Of a DNA stretch of 64,000 nt, positions 25,518-34,300 are shown piece after piece. Source of the DNA: a virus. Its lineage: Duplodnaviria; Caudoviricetes. The notes under the pieces were generated by a model. The model did no database searches. It was not told the DNA's origin and saw nothing but the letters and a program-made list of their open reading frames with translations. The stretch lies in the IMG/VR virus record IMGVR_UViG_3300025889_000071. The stretch is one strand, 5' to 3'. The translations under genes were made by a program, and so were the position numbers. Positions within the stretch are counted from its first letter, which is position 1. Every line of letters begins with the position of its first letter.

Positions 25518-25794
25518 AAGATAGCGTGTGATAGAAGGCTTTACTATGTATGATAAAATGCCCCGCTAAATGGTGTCTATATAAAGGTTTAGCGAATTTA
25601 TTGTTAGTAACTCCGAATGCACTGTGTAGTTACTTTGGGGCGTATTTACAGTGTTTTTAATGTGTCTAGGAGTAGTGATTTTAGACTGCCCCAGCTTATC
25701 ACACCACCGAGAAATTGTCAACCCCCCGATGTCAGAATTTCCAGAAATAAGACTTACAAAAATCACACTGATTCTGATAAATACCTGCAATGAC

Positions 25795-25823
25795 TTGACA
25801 GAAATGCTCTGTTAGATTATACT
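25795..25823 (+). promoter_or_regulatory. Sigma70-type promoter with a hairpin over -35
   Basis: TTGACA-17-TATACT; TGACAGA/TCTGTTA stem. Confidence 0.8.
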
Positions 25824-25852
25824 ATAAAAGTCACTCAAATCCCCCCAAAGAT

Positions 25853-26026
25853 ATGTCAGTTGCTTATCGCCAGGCACAGAAACAGCGTTATCGCATTACT
25901 CTTGAGCTTGATGTAATGCATGACTTCGACCCGCACCAGCTTGATTGGGAGAAACTCTTTGAGCTGGAACCGGCAGAGAAGGTGACAGCTTATGTGGAGG
26001 ACTTGAGCACACCGGACTTTTGGTGA
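25853..26026 (+). CDS. Small hypothetical phage protein
   Basis: Hand-translated MSVAYRQAQKQRYRITLELDV... Confidence 0.7.
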   Translation: MSVAYRQAQKQRYRITLELDVMHDFDPHQLDWEKLFELEPAEKVTAYVEDLSTPDFW

Positions 26027-26037
26027 GTTATAAACAG

Positions 26038-26065
26038 TGGGCCCTGTAAAGTGTTCTAGTAGTAT
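26038..26065 (+). repeat. Cassette repeat copy 14
   Basis: TGGGCCC TGT AAAGTGT TCTAG TAGTAT. Confidence 0.95.
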
Positions 26066-26155
26066 AAGGGACGCAATCGGACGGACCCACTGACACCTCA
26101 CCGATTGAATCTCAAGATCAGATCTGATCATCAGTCAACGTTAATCATCAGTCTT

Positions 26156-26431
26156 ATGACATCAACTTTGCAGTCTAATCTCACCGATACCACTTACAAC
26201 GGGTGGGCGAATTATGAGACCTGGAACGTATCACTCTGGATCGGTAATGATGAGTTTCTTTATAACACTGCCAAGGCATGTGTAAAGTACGTGAGTGATA
26301 ACGAAACACCCTACGATAGGTTCGTTCGTTGTATGCACAATAACGAAGATTTCGTCACTGGTGATAACGTGCGTTGGGATGATGATAACATCGACCGTGA
26401 TGAAATTATGGAGATGATGGAAGAACTCTGA
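26156..26431 (+). CDS. Hypothetical phage protein (YNGWxNYETW family)
   Basis: YNGWANYETWNVSLWIGNDE motif; first ATG of the tracked ORF. Confidence 0.75.
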   Translation: MTSTLQSNLTDTTYNGWANYETWNVSLWIGNDEFLYNTAKACVKYVSDNETPYDRFVRCMHNNEDFVTGDNVRWDDDNIDRDEIMEMMEEL

Positions 26432-26513
26432 TCCGTCAGCTACCAGTCTAACAAATTGACCTGGAGATGTCAATAAACTCTCTGTCAGTTCTTTACACTT
26501 TTCTCTCGTTATT

Positions 26514-26669
26514 ATGTCTCGCGAAGTTGCACTCGGTCTTCTCCGTCAAGGTAACACTGGCAGTGAAATTCTGTCGATTCTGGATGTGATCGTCTCTGAT
26601 ATTGAAGATGCTAATATTCAGGATTGTGCAGAGCATTATGCTGCTATCAGTGCTGATTTTGCGTTCTGA
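26514..26669 (+). CDS. Small hypothetical protein
   Basis: Hand-translated MSREVALGLLRQGNTGSEIL... Confidence 0.65.
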   Translation: MSREVALGLLRQGNTGSEILSILDVIVSDIEDANIQDCAEHYAAISADFAF

Positions 26670-26691
26670 TTGATAGTTACCGTGCGGGGAG

Positions 26692-26720
26692 TTGACATCA
26701 GTCTCTTCCCGTATTATAAT
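26692..26720 (+). promoter_or_regulatory. Perfect-consensus sigma70 promoter
   Basis: TTGACA-17-TATAAT. Confidence 0.85.
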
Positions 26721-26726
26721 GAGTTT

Positions 26727-26891
26727 ATATCAGTGAATGAGCAGTGTTTTGCGCGGTTCGTTGATATCGCCCGGCGGGCGTTGTCCCCGTATATAAAAAT
26801 CCATCACTACCCTAACCTACAGAGGTGACAAAATGCGAGCTAAATATAAAAACTGAAAAAAAATTTTGAGGGGCTGAGAAGTCCCTTTTTT
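26727..26891 (+). ncRNA. Candidate small non-coding RNA (or 31-codon micro-ORF) between promoter and terminator
   Basis: GC-rich hairpin CGCCCGGCGGGCG; ends in GGGGCT-GAGA-AGTCCC-T6; only tiny ORFs present. Confidence 0.4.
26870..26891 (+). terminator. Intrinsic terminator with a GNRA loop
   Basis: GGGGCT GAGA AGTCCC TTTTTT. Confidence 0.75.
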
Positions 26892-26975
26892 AGTTTTTTA
26901 TAAAATTTGATATATAATTTTAAGATGTAAAACAAATTGAGTAAAAAAATTTCCGAAAAAATTTTTGAGGACCCT

Positions 26976-27182
26976 ATGGAAAAAATATATCACATATATG
27001 CAAAGAATAAATGTATATTTCATTCATTAAAGGAAGAGGAGTTTCGAAGGACTTGGAATCAATTGAATAGTATGGTAGGATTAATGAAGACAGATTATAC
27101 AACGGAAGATTTAAGTTATGAGGAGGCTGTATTTTTAAGTGAACATGGTGGAGGAGGATCTTTCGAATCACCTTCGTATTGA
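26976..27182 (+). CDS. Small hypothetical cyanomyovirus-type protein
   Basis: GAGGA RBS; MEKIYHIYAK... Confidence 0.65.
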   Translation: MEKIYHIYAKNKCIFHSLKEEEFRRTWNQLNSMVGLMKTDYTTEDLSYEEAVFLSEHGGGGSFESPSY

Positions 27183-27246
27183 CGCCCTTGGGTATTGACT
27201 GAACATATATAATCTGTTAGAATTGAACTGAAAGTTTATTTCCATT

Positions 27247-28017
27247 ATGGCAAAAGGATTTACTGTAAAAACTGTAGCACCAAAGAAGGAATCAAAACCT
27301 GATTTTGACATTCCTGCGATTAAGGAACGTATGAAAGGGAAGACGATTGTATTTTGTCTTCCAGGAAGGGGATGTTCATATATCTTTCTGAAGAACTTTG
27401 TACAACTATGTTTTGATATGGTACAGAATGGTATGGCCATTCAGATCAGTCAAGATTATAGTTCAATGGTTAACTTTGCACGTTGCAAGGTATTGGGAGC
27501 AAATGTACTTCGTGGACCAAAGCAAATTCCTTGGGATGGTAAGTTGGAGTATGACTATCAGTTATGGATTGATAGTGATATTGTATTTGACACTAACAAG
27601 TTCTGGCAGTTGTGTGATCTTGCATTATCTGAAGATGGCACAGAACGAGAGATTACTGCTGGGTGGTATGCCACAGAGGATGGTCAAACTACATCTGTCG
27701 CACACTGGTTAGAAGAGGATGATTTCCGTAAGAATGGTGGAGTGATGAATCACGAAACTGTCGAATCAATGTCCAAGCGTAAGAAGCCATTCACGGTGGA
27801 CTACACAGGATTTGGATGGGTATTGATTAAGAAGGGAGTTTTTGAGAATCTTGAGTATCCATGGTTTGCACCGAAGATGCAAGTCTTTGAATCTGGAAAT
27901 GTACAAGACATGTGTGGTGAGGATGTCTCATTCTGTCTTGATGCAAAGGATGAAGGATTTGAGATTTGGTGTGATCCTCGAATTCGTGTTGGACATGAAA
28001 AAACTCGTATTATTTGA
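27247..28017 (+). CDS. GT-A/GT2-like glycosyltransferase-fold protein
   Basis: LWIDSDIVF (DxD), GFGWVLIK and MCGEDVSFC motifs; promoter TTGACT-17-TAGAAT at 27195-27223. Confidence 0.75.
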   Translation: MAKGFTVKTVAPKKESKPDFDIPAIKERMKGKTIVFCLPGRGCSYIFLKNFVQLCFDMVQNGMAIQISQDYSSMVNFARCKVLGANVLRGPKQIPWDGKLEYDYQLWIDSDIVFDTNKFWQLCDLALSEDGTEREITAGWYATEDGQTTSVAHWLEEDDFRKNGGVMNHETVESMSKRKKPFTVDYTGFGWVLIKKGVFENLEYPWFAPKMQVFESGNVQDMCGEDVSFCLDAKDEGFEIWCDPRIRVGHEKTRII

Positions 28018-28041
28018 TTTTTATTTACAGGAGAAAGTATT

Positions 28042-28176
28042 ATGGCAATGATGAAAGGTGGTTCTTATGTTGAAGGTAAGCCTAAAAAAACTCGTCAAGG
28101 CTCGTCTCAATATACTAAACTCGCAGCGTCTTCTCGTAATGGTAAAAAGAAGAGGTATAGGGGTCAAGGAAAATGA
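28042..28176 (+). CDS. Small basic protein
   Basis: AGGAG RBS; PKKTRQG...KKRYRGQGK. Confidence 0.7.
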   Translation: MAMMKGGSYVEGKPKKTRQGSSQYTKLAASSRNGKKKRYRGQGK

Positions 28177-28937
28177 GTGAGTTAATTGTAAATCTACCTG
28201 CACAAAAAGTATGGGTTCGTAAGGAATACTTACGTGATTTACAAGATGGACATGGTGAATTTGTAGAAGGCGTTTGGGTATCGGCAAAGTCCATACCTGG
28301 ACGCACTTTTTATTTTGAGACTTATTTACCAGAGTATGCGGCAATGTTTGATAAATTGCCTATCAGTGCCTTCTGTAGTCGCCCTGAGCTGCCTTCTCCT
28401 GACCTTGACTTACCCAACCTTCAGTTTTGGAATTGTATGGATTATGGAGTCACTAATATTCATAAGCAATTTACTGGTTCAATGCGTTGGGAAATTAGAA
28501 CAAGGAATTTTGGATCACTTAATGGGTCATATATTTGCACTTTAGACAATTATCATCATAGTGCGAATGAGATTGACTACAGTACAAGTGAGATTCCACA
28601 GGAACATAAGTCATTTAACCTCATTGAACTTGAAAATGGGCAATATGCACTATATCCAAACAACCGTTGTCGCATTTATGACATCTCATTAACACCATCA
28701 GAAGCTAAAATACCTGATTTTAAGGTATCTACGGAGTATTATGAGGTCGAAAATGATATTGACTGGGGTCGATTAGGTGATACTGATGAATATTTTTGGG
28801 AAACACCCGAAGAAAAGTTAAAAAAAGAAGTAGAAATGCTTGAAAATGGTCCAATTTCTTGTGGCCCGGGTCATTTTACTCAAGGATATGGATTTTTTGG
28901 AAAAACAAATCAAAATAATTCAGAATCTCAAAAATAA
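28173..28937 (+). CDS. Conserved hypothetical phage protein
   Basis: ATGA-coupled 254-aa ORF upstream of g25. Confidence 0.75.
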   Translation: MSELIVNLPAQKVWVRKEYLRDLQDGHGEFVEGVWVSAKSIPGRTFYFETYLPEYAAMFDKLPISAFCSRPELPSPDLDLPNLQFWNCMDYGVTNIHKQFTGSMRWEIRTRNFGSLNGSYICTLDNYHHSANEIDYSTSEIPQEHKSFNLIELENGQYALYPNNRCRIYDISLTPSEAKIPDFKVSTEYYEVENDIDWGRLGDTDEYFWETPEEKLKKEVEMLENGPISCGPGHFTQGYGFFGKTNQNNSESQK

Positions 28938-28990
28938 CTCAATAAATCCTTAATAAATAAGGTAAGATTTGCTGTAAAAACAACAAAAAA

Positions 28991-29401
28991 ATGCCATTAG
29001 AACGGGTCAGTCGGGGATTTAAGGATGTGAGTTTGGCTTTTTCGCCAAATCCAGTCACTAATGACTTGATTGTACTCAATAATGAAAGAGCAATTGCAAG
29101 ATCTATTCGTAATCTAATATTTACACAAACTGGGGAAAAATTTTTCAATCCAGATCTTGGCACTCATACATTAAATCCAAATTTTCCACTATTTGAAATC
29201 ATTGATAATATCAATGCGACCGAATTTAGGGAAAATCTTCTCAATTTGATACAAAATTATGAACCAAGGGTTTCTGTTATAAATGTATTAGTAGAACCTG
29301 ATTGGGATAATAATGGATATAATATTACAATTTCATACAGAATCATAGGAGCAGATATTGTTCCGCAGCAATTAGAATTTGCAATTTTACCAACAAGATA
29401 A
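28991..29401 (+). CDS. g25: Baseplate wedge subunit gp25
   Basis: RSIRNLIFTQTGEKFFNPDLG...NYEPRV; position before g6; late promoter AATAAATA at 28952-28959. Confidence 0.92.
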   Translation: MPLERVSRGFKDVSLAFSPNPVTNDLIVLNNERAIARSIRNLIFTQTGEKFFNPDLGTHTLNPNFPLFEIIDNINATEFRENLLNLIQNYEPRVSVINVLVEPDWDNNGYNITISYRIIGADIVPQQLEFAILPTR

Positions 29402-29410
29402 GTGCTTTAA

Positions 29411-31339
29411 ATGGCCCTCCAAAATTTTACTGGTCTAGATTTTGACCAAATAAAAACAACACTTATAGATTACATAAGATCAAATTCCAATTTTACGGAT
29501 TATGATTTTGAGGGATCTAATCTATCGACAATTATTGATCTGTTAGCATATAACACCTATATTACTTCATATAATGCCAATATGGTATCAAATGAGGTAT
29601 TTTTGGATAGTGCGACATTGAGAGAAAATGTTGTTTCACTTGCTAGAAATATTGGATATGTCCCAAGATCAAAGAAAGCTTCTAAAACAAATATAAATTT
29701 TTCAGTTGATACTACGTTAATATCACCAAAACCAACATCTTTGTTACTGAATAAAGGTGTGGTTGCAGTATCACAGAATCAATTTGCAAATCAATCATTT
29801 ACTTTTATAATTCCTGAAGATGTAACGGTTCCAGTAATAGATAACACTGCAAGATTTGATAATATTGAAATTTTTGAAGGCACATTACTTAAGCAATCTT
29901 TTACAGTAAATTATAGAAATCTCAAACAAAGATTTATATTACCAAATACGGGAATTGATATTGACACCTTGAGAGTAAAGGTAAGATCTAGTGAATCATC
30001 TAGTGTTGCGACAACTTATTATAAAAAGGATAATCTTTTTGATAATAATTTGAATAGCGTTTTAAATGAAGAATCGACCATATTTTTCCTTCAAGAAGTA
30101 GAAGGTGAGCAATATGAATTAATATTTGGCGATGGTGTATTTGGTAAAAAACTTGAAGATGGAAGTATTATAGATGTTACATATGCAGTAACATCTGGAG
30201 AATCTGCAAATGGTGTTAGTAATCTTGATTTTAGTGGAAAGTTATCTTATGTAAGAAATTCTATAGATTATACAGTTGTAAGTGGAATTAGTTTTTTAAC
30301 TTTAGATAATGTTACTACTGGTGGGGAATCTATCGAAAGTGTAGATTCTATTAGAAAATATGCTCCTCAAATATATTCAACTCAAAATAGAGCTTTAACT
30401 GCATCAGACTATGAAACTTTAATACCAAGAAAAATTTATACTGAAGCAGAATCAGTATCAGTATTTGGTGGTGAAGATCTTGTTCCACCACAATATGGAA
30501 AAGTTTTTATCAGTATAAAACCAAGAACTGGAGATTTTGTTCCCAATTCAATTAAACAAAATATCAAAAATCAACTTAGAAGTTATGCAGTAGCAGGAAT
30601 TGTCCCTGAAATTTTAGATTTAAAATATCTTTTCCTTGAAACAGATAGTAAAATTTATTATAATCCAAATTTAGTTGAAAGTTCTAGTTTTTTATCATCA
30701 TTAATCCAGTCAAATATCAATAAGTACGGAGAATCTGCAGAGTTAAATAGATATGGTGCAAGATTCAAATATAGTAAATTTTTAGGTATTATTGATCAAA
30801 GCCATGAAGCAGTTTCATCTAATATTACAAGTGTTAAGATGAGAAGAGACTTAGGTCTTGCTATTAATTCATTTGCCGAATATACAATTGACTTTGGAAA
30901 TGAATTTCACATTCAATCTATGAATGGTTTCAATATTAAGTCAAGTGCTTTTAGAGTTTTAAATATTTCTGATGATGTTTATCTTTATGATGTTCCATCT
31001 ACAAATAGAACAACTGGAACAATTTCTTTATATTCTGGCAAATTCACTGATCCGGTTATAAGAAGAAGAAATGTTGGTACAATTGACTATATGAAAGGCA
31101 GAATTACTCTTAGACCTATTAACATAGTTTCTGGAAAGAGTAAAAATGATCAACAAATTATGGAAATTACTGCTTGCCCACACTCCAATGATGTTATAGG
31201 ACTACAGGACTTGTTTATTCAACTAGATAGAGTTGATGTTGAAATGATTGCCGATCCAATTTCTTCTGGAAATGATCTTTCTGGTTCAACATTTACTTCA
31301 TCATCTAGTTATGTAAACGTAAACAATAATCCATATTAA
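29411..31339 (+). CDS. g6: Baseplate wedge protein gp6
   Basis: LDFDQIK...FTDYDFEGSNLS...LAYNTY...SATLRENVVSLARNIGY; QNRALT; 642 aa. Confidence 0.95.
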   Translation: MALQNFTGLDFDQIKTTLIDYIRSNSNFTDYDFEGSNLSTIIDLLAYNTYITSYNANMVSNEVFLDSATLRENVVSLARNIGYVPRSKKASKTNINFSVDTTLISPKPTSLLLNKGVVAVSQNQFANQSFTFIIPEDVTVPVIDNTARFDNIEIFEGTLLKQSFTVNYRNLKQRFILPNTGIDIDTLRVKVRSSESSSVATTYYKKDNLFDNNLNSVLNEESTIFFLQEVEGEQYELIFGDGVFGKKLEDGSIIDVTYAVTSGESANGVSNLDFSGKLSYVRNSIDYTVVSGISFLTLDNVTTGGESIESVDSIRKYAPQIYSTQNRALTASDYETLIPRKIYTEAESVSVFGGEDLVPPQYGKVFISIKPRTGDFVPNSIKQNIKNQLRSYAVAGIVPEILDLKYLFLETDSKIYYNPNLVESSSFLSSLIQSNINKYGESAELNRYGARFKYSKFLGIIDQSHEAVSSNITSVKMRRDLGLAINSFAEYTIDFGNEFHIQSMNGFNIKSSAFRVLNISDDVYLYDVPSTNRTTGTISLYSGKFTDPVIRRRNVGTIDYMKGRITLRPINIVSGKSKNDQQIMEITACPHSNDVIGLQDLFIQLDRVDVEMIADPISSGNDLSGSTFTSSSSYVNVNNNPY

Positions 31340-31351
31340 TAGAAAAAAACA

Positions 31352-34300
31352 ATGGCAGAACAAAGAGTTAAGGTTAGTCAAATTGTTTCTAATCAACTTC
31401 CCGAATATGTAAGACTACAATATCCACAATTTGTTCAATTTTTGACGCAGTATTATCAGGGTCAGGAATATCCAGGAGCTCCTCTTGACTTAATACAAAA
31501 TATAGATTCATATATTAAAATAAATGAGAATGGAAATACTGTTGGTTTTACGTCTCTTTCTAATGATATTGATGTTATTGACAATTCCATTCAAGTAGAT
31601 AATACTAGTGGATTTCCTGAAAAATATGGATTATTAAAAATTAATGATGAAATTATCACATATTCTGGAACAACTTCAACTTCATTTACTGGTTGTGTAC
31701 GTGGATTTAGTGGTATTACTTCATTTACATCATCAGACAATATAGAAGATCTTGTATTTTCAAATTCAGAGGCATCTTCACATTCTGAGGGCGATAATGT
31801 TGAGAATTTAAGTAGATTATTCTTACAAGAATTTTTTAAAAAGATAAAAAAACAATATCTATATGGACTAGGTGATCAAAAATTAACGGATAATTTAAAT
31901 AAATCCCAATTTATCAGGAGTGCGAAAGATTTTTATTCAATAAAAGGAACTGATGCTTCGTTTAAAATTCTTTTTAAAGCACTTTTTGGCGAAAACGTTG
32001 AAATAGTTAGGCCATCGGACTATGTTATTTCACCTTCAAATGCCATTTATCAAAAAACAAAGGATTTAGTAGCAGAATTTATATCTGGAGATCCATATGA
32101 TTTAGTTAATAAAACTCTTTATCAAAGTGGTGATGAAAATATACCGGAAGCATATTCGCCAGTTTCAAATGTAGAGAAAATATCTACTGGTTCATTAAAT
32201 AAGGATTATTATCGAATAACCATAGATGGTTCTTATCTCAAAAAAGAGGGATCAAATACAGAATCAATATATGATAATTTTTCAATACACCCAAAAACAA
32301 AATGTATTGGTGAGATTGGTATTGGACAAACATTCATAGATGTTGACTCTACAGTAGGATTTCCAAATTCTGGCTCTTTAGATGTTGTATATAATGATTT
32401 CACTACGGATACTATCACATATTCAAACAAGACAATTAATCAATTTTTGGATGTATCAGTAATATCTAAAAGAATTTTAGATGGTTCTGATATAGATTAT
32501 TCATCCTTTGCATATTCTGCTGGATTAGGTAGAACTGATGGGATTAAATTAAGAATAAGATCGGTGATAGGTGGATATAATATTCCAAAAGTAACTTATC
32601 AACAAAATATTGGTTCTAAGATAAAAATAAAATCTTTAGGAAAAATTGGCAATAAACTTAAAGAAAATAATTGGATATTTAACAATTCCCAATCATATAA
32701 TGTGGAGTCTTTGGAATTAATTGACTCTAGAAATTTCGTTTATAGATTAACAACTATTGATGATAATATTCTAAGAGTTGGCGATACTTTGAGATTAAAA
32801 TCACTAAATGATGTATTTTTAACTGATGATTTTACAGTTACAACGATAATTAATAATAAAATTTCTTTAATACGTGGAAGTGACGTTGAAAATCCCAACG
32901 GAATAGTAAGTGTTAATAGAATTTTAAATAAAGTTAAAACTAATATACACCCACAACTTAGTAAATTTACTGCAAATGTTCAAAATGTTTATATCGATAA
33001 TGATGATGATAGTGTTTTAGTAGCTTCAAATTCTTTGCCGTATTTTGAGTCACCTACAAATCCAGATATTCAAAAAATAATTCTTTCTGGTTTAGTTGCA
33101 AATAATCAAACTACACTTAAAGTTACTGAAGATTTTGATCATAATTTTTTCACTGGAGATTCAATTTATTATACTCCAAATAAAGATAATAATGGTAATG
33201 TGATTAGTAAAATTTTTGATGAAGGTTTATATTTTGTTCATAGAGTTGATTCTAATAATGTAAAGTTGGCAAAAAGTGGATCTGATTTATATAACGAAAA
33301 ATATGTTACAATTGATGATCTTTCCGGAAAAGCAAACGTAGATATTACTAATCATATTATAGAAAAATATGCATTTAATGGGAAGATTATTGAGCCGCAA
33401 AAATTAATCAGAAAAATTCCCAATATCCATAATCAGAGAGATGATGAAGTAAATGAAAAGTCACTTGCCACTAAAGCAGGGGCTACTGGAATTTTTATAA
33501 ATGGTGTTGAAATTTTAAATTATAAGTCTCATAGTTATGTGCATTATGGAGAAATTGAAGAAATTAATCTTACCTCCCCTGGTTTTGGATACGATGTGAT
33601 TAACCCACCACTATTATCAATTTCAGATTCTGTTGGTAGTGGAGCCACTGGAGTCTGTGGCGTGAAAGGAAACTTTGTAGATATTGATTTAATCGATGGG
33701 GGATTTGATTATCTTGATATTCCATCTATTCAAATAACCGGTGGAAATGGAAAATCAGCCAAAGCATCTGCAAATACAACGTTTGTAGATCATACACTCT
33801 CATTTGATTCCTCCAATCTACTCGACATTTCTGTAGATTTTGAATTGAGATCTGGTTTTGGTGGAATTTCAACTGAAACATCAAAAATTGGATTTTCAAC
33901 ATATCATAGATTTAAGAATGGAGAATCTGTAGTATATAAAACTCTTGGAGGAAATGCAGTCACAGGATTGTCAACGGATTCAACATATTATGTAAATGTA
34001 GTTAATGATTATGATATAAAGTTACATTTATCTAAAGGAGATGCATTAGCATCCTCTGGAACTGGTATTAATACAATTTCTTTATCGGATTTTGGAACGG
34101 GTAATCATTCTTTTACTGCAATACCAAAACTATCAGTTTCTTCAATAAGAATTATTGATCCTGGATTTGATTATGAAAATAAAAAGAGAATGTGTTCATC
34201 AGCGGGTATTAATACTTCCATCAATACGATAGATATACTAAATCATGGGTATAAAACTGGCGAAATAATTAGATATTCTTTTAATGAAACATCTATTGGA

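Noticed and set aside
10212-26065. CRISPR array interpretation of the 28-bp repeats
   Set aside because: The intervals are 410-1719 bp and contain whole genes, the repeats are only partly conserved, and there are no cas genes or leader.
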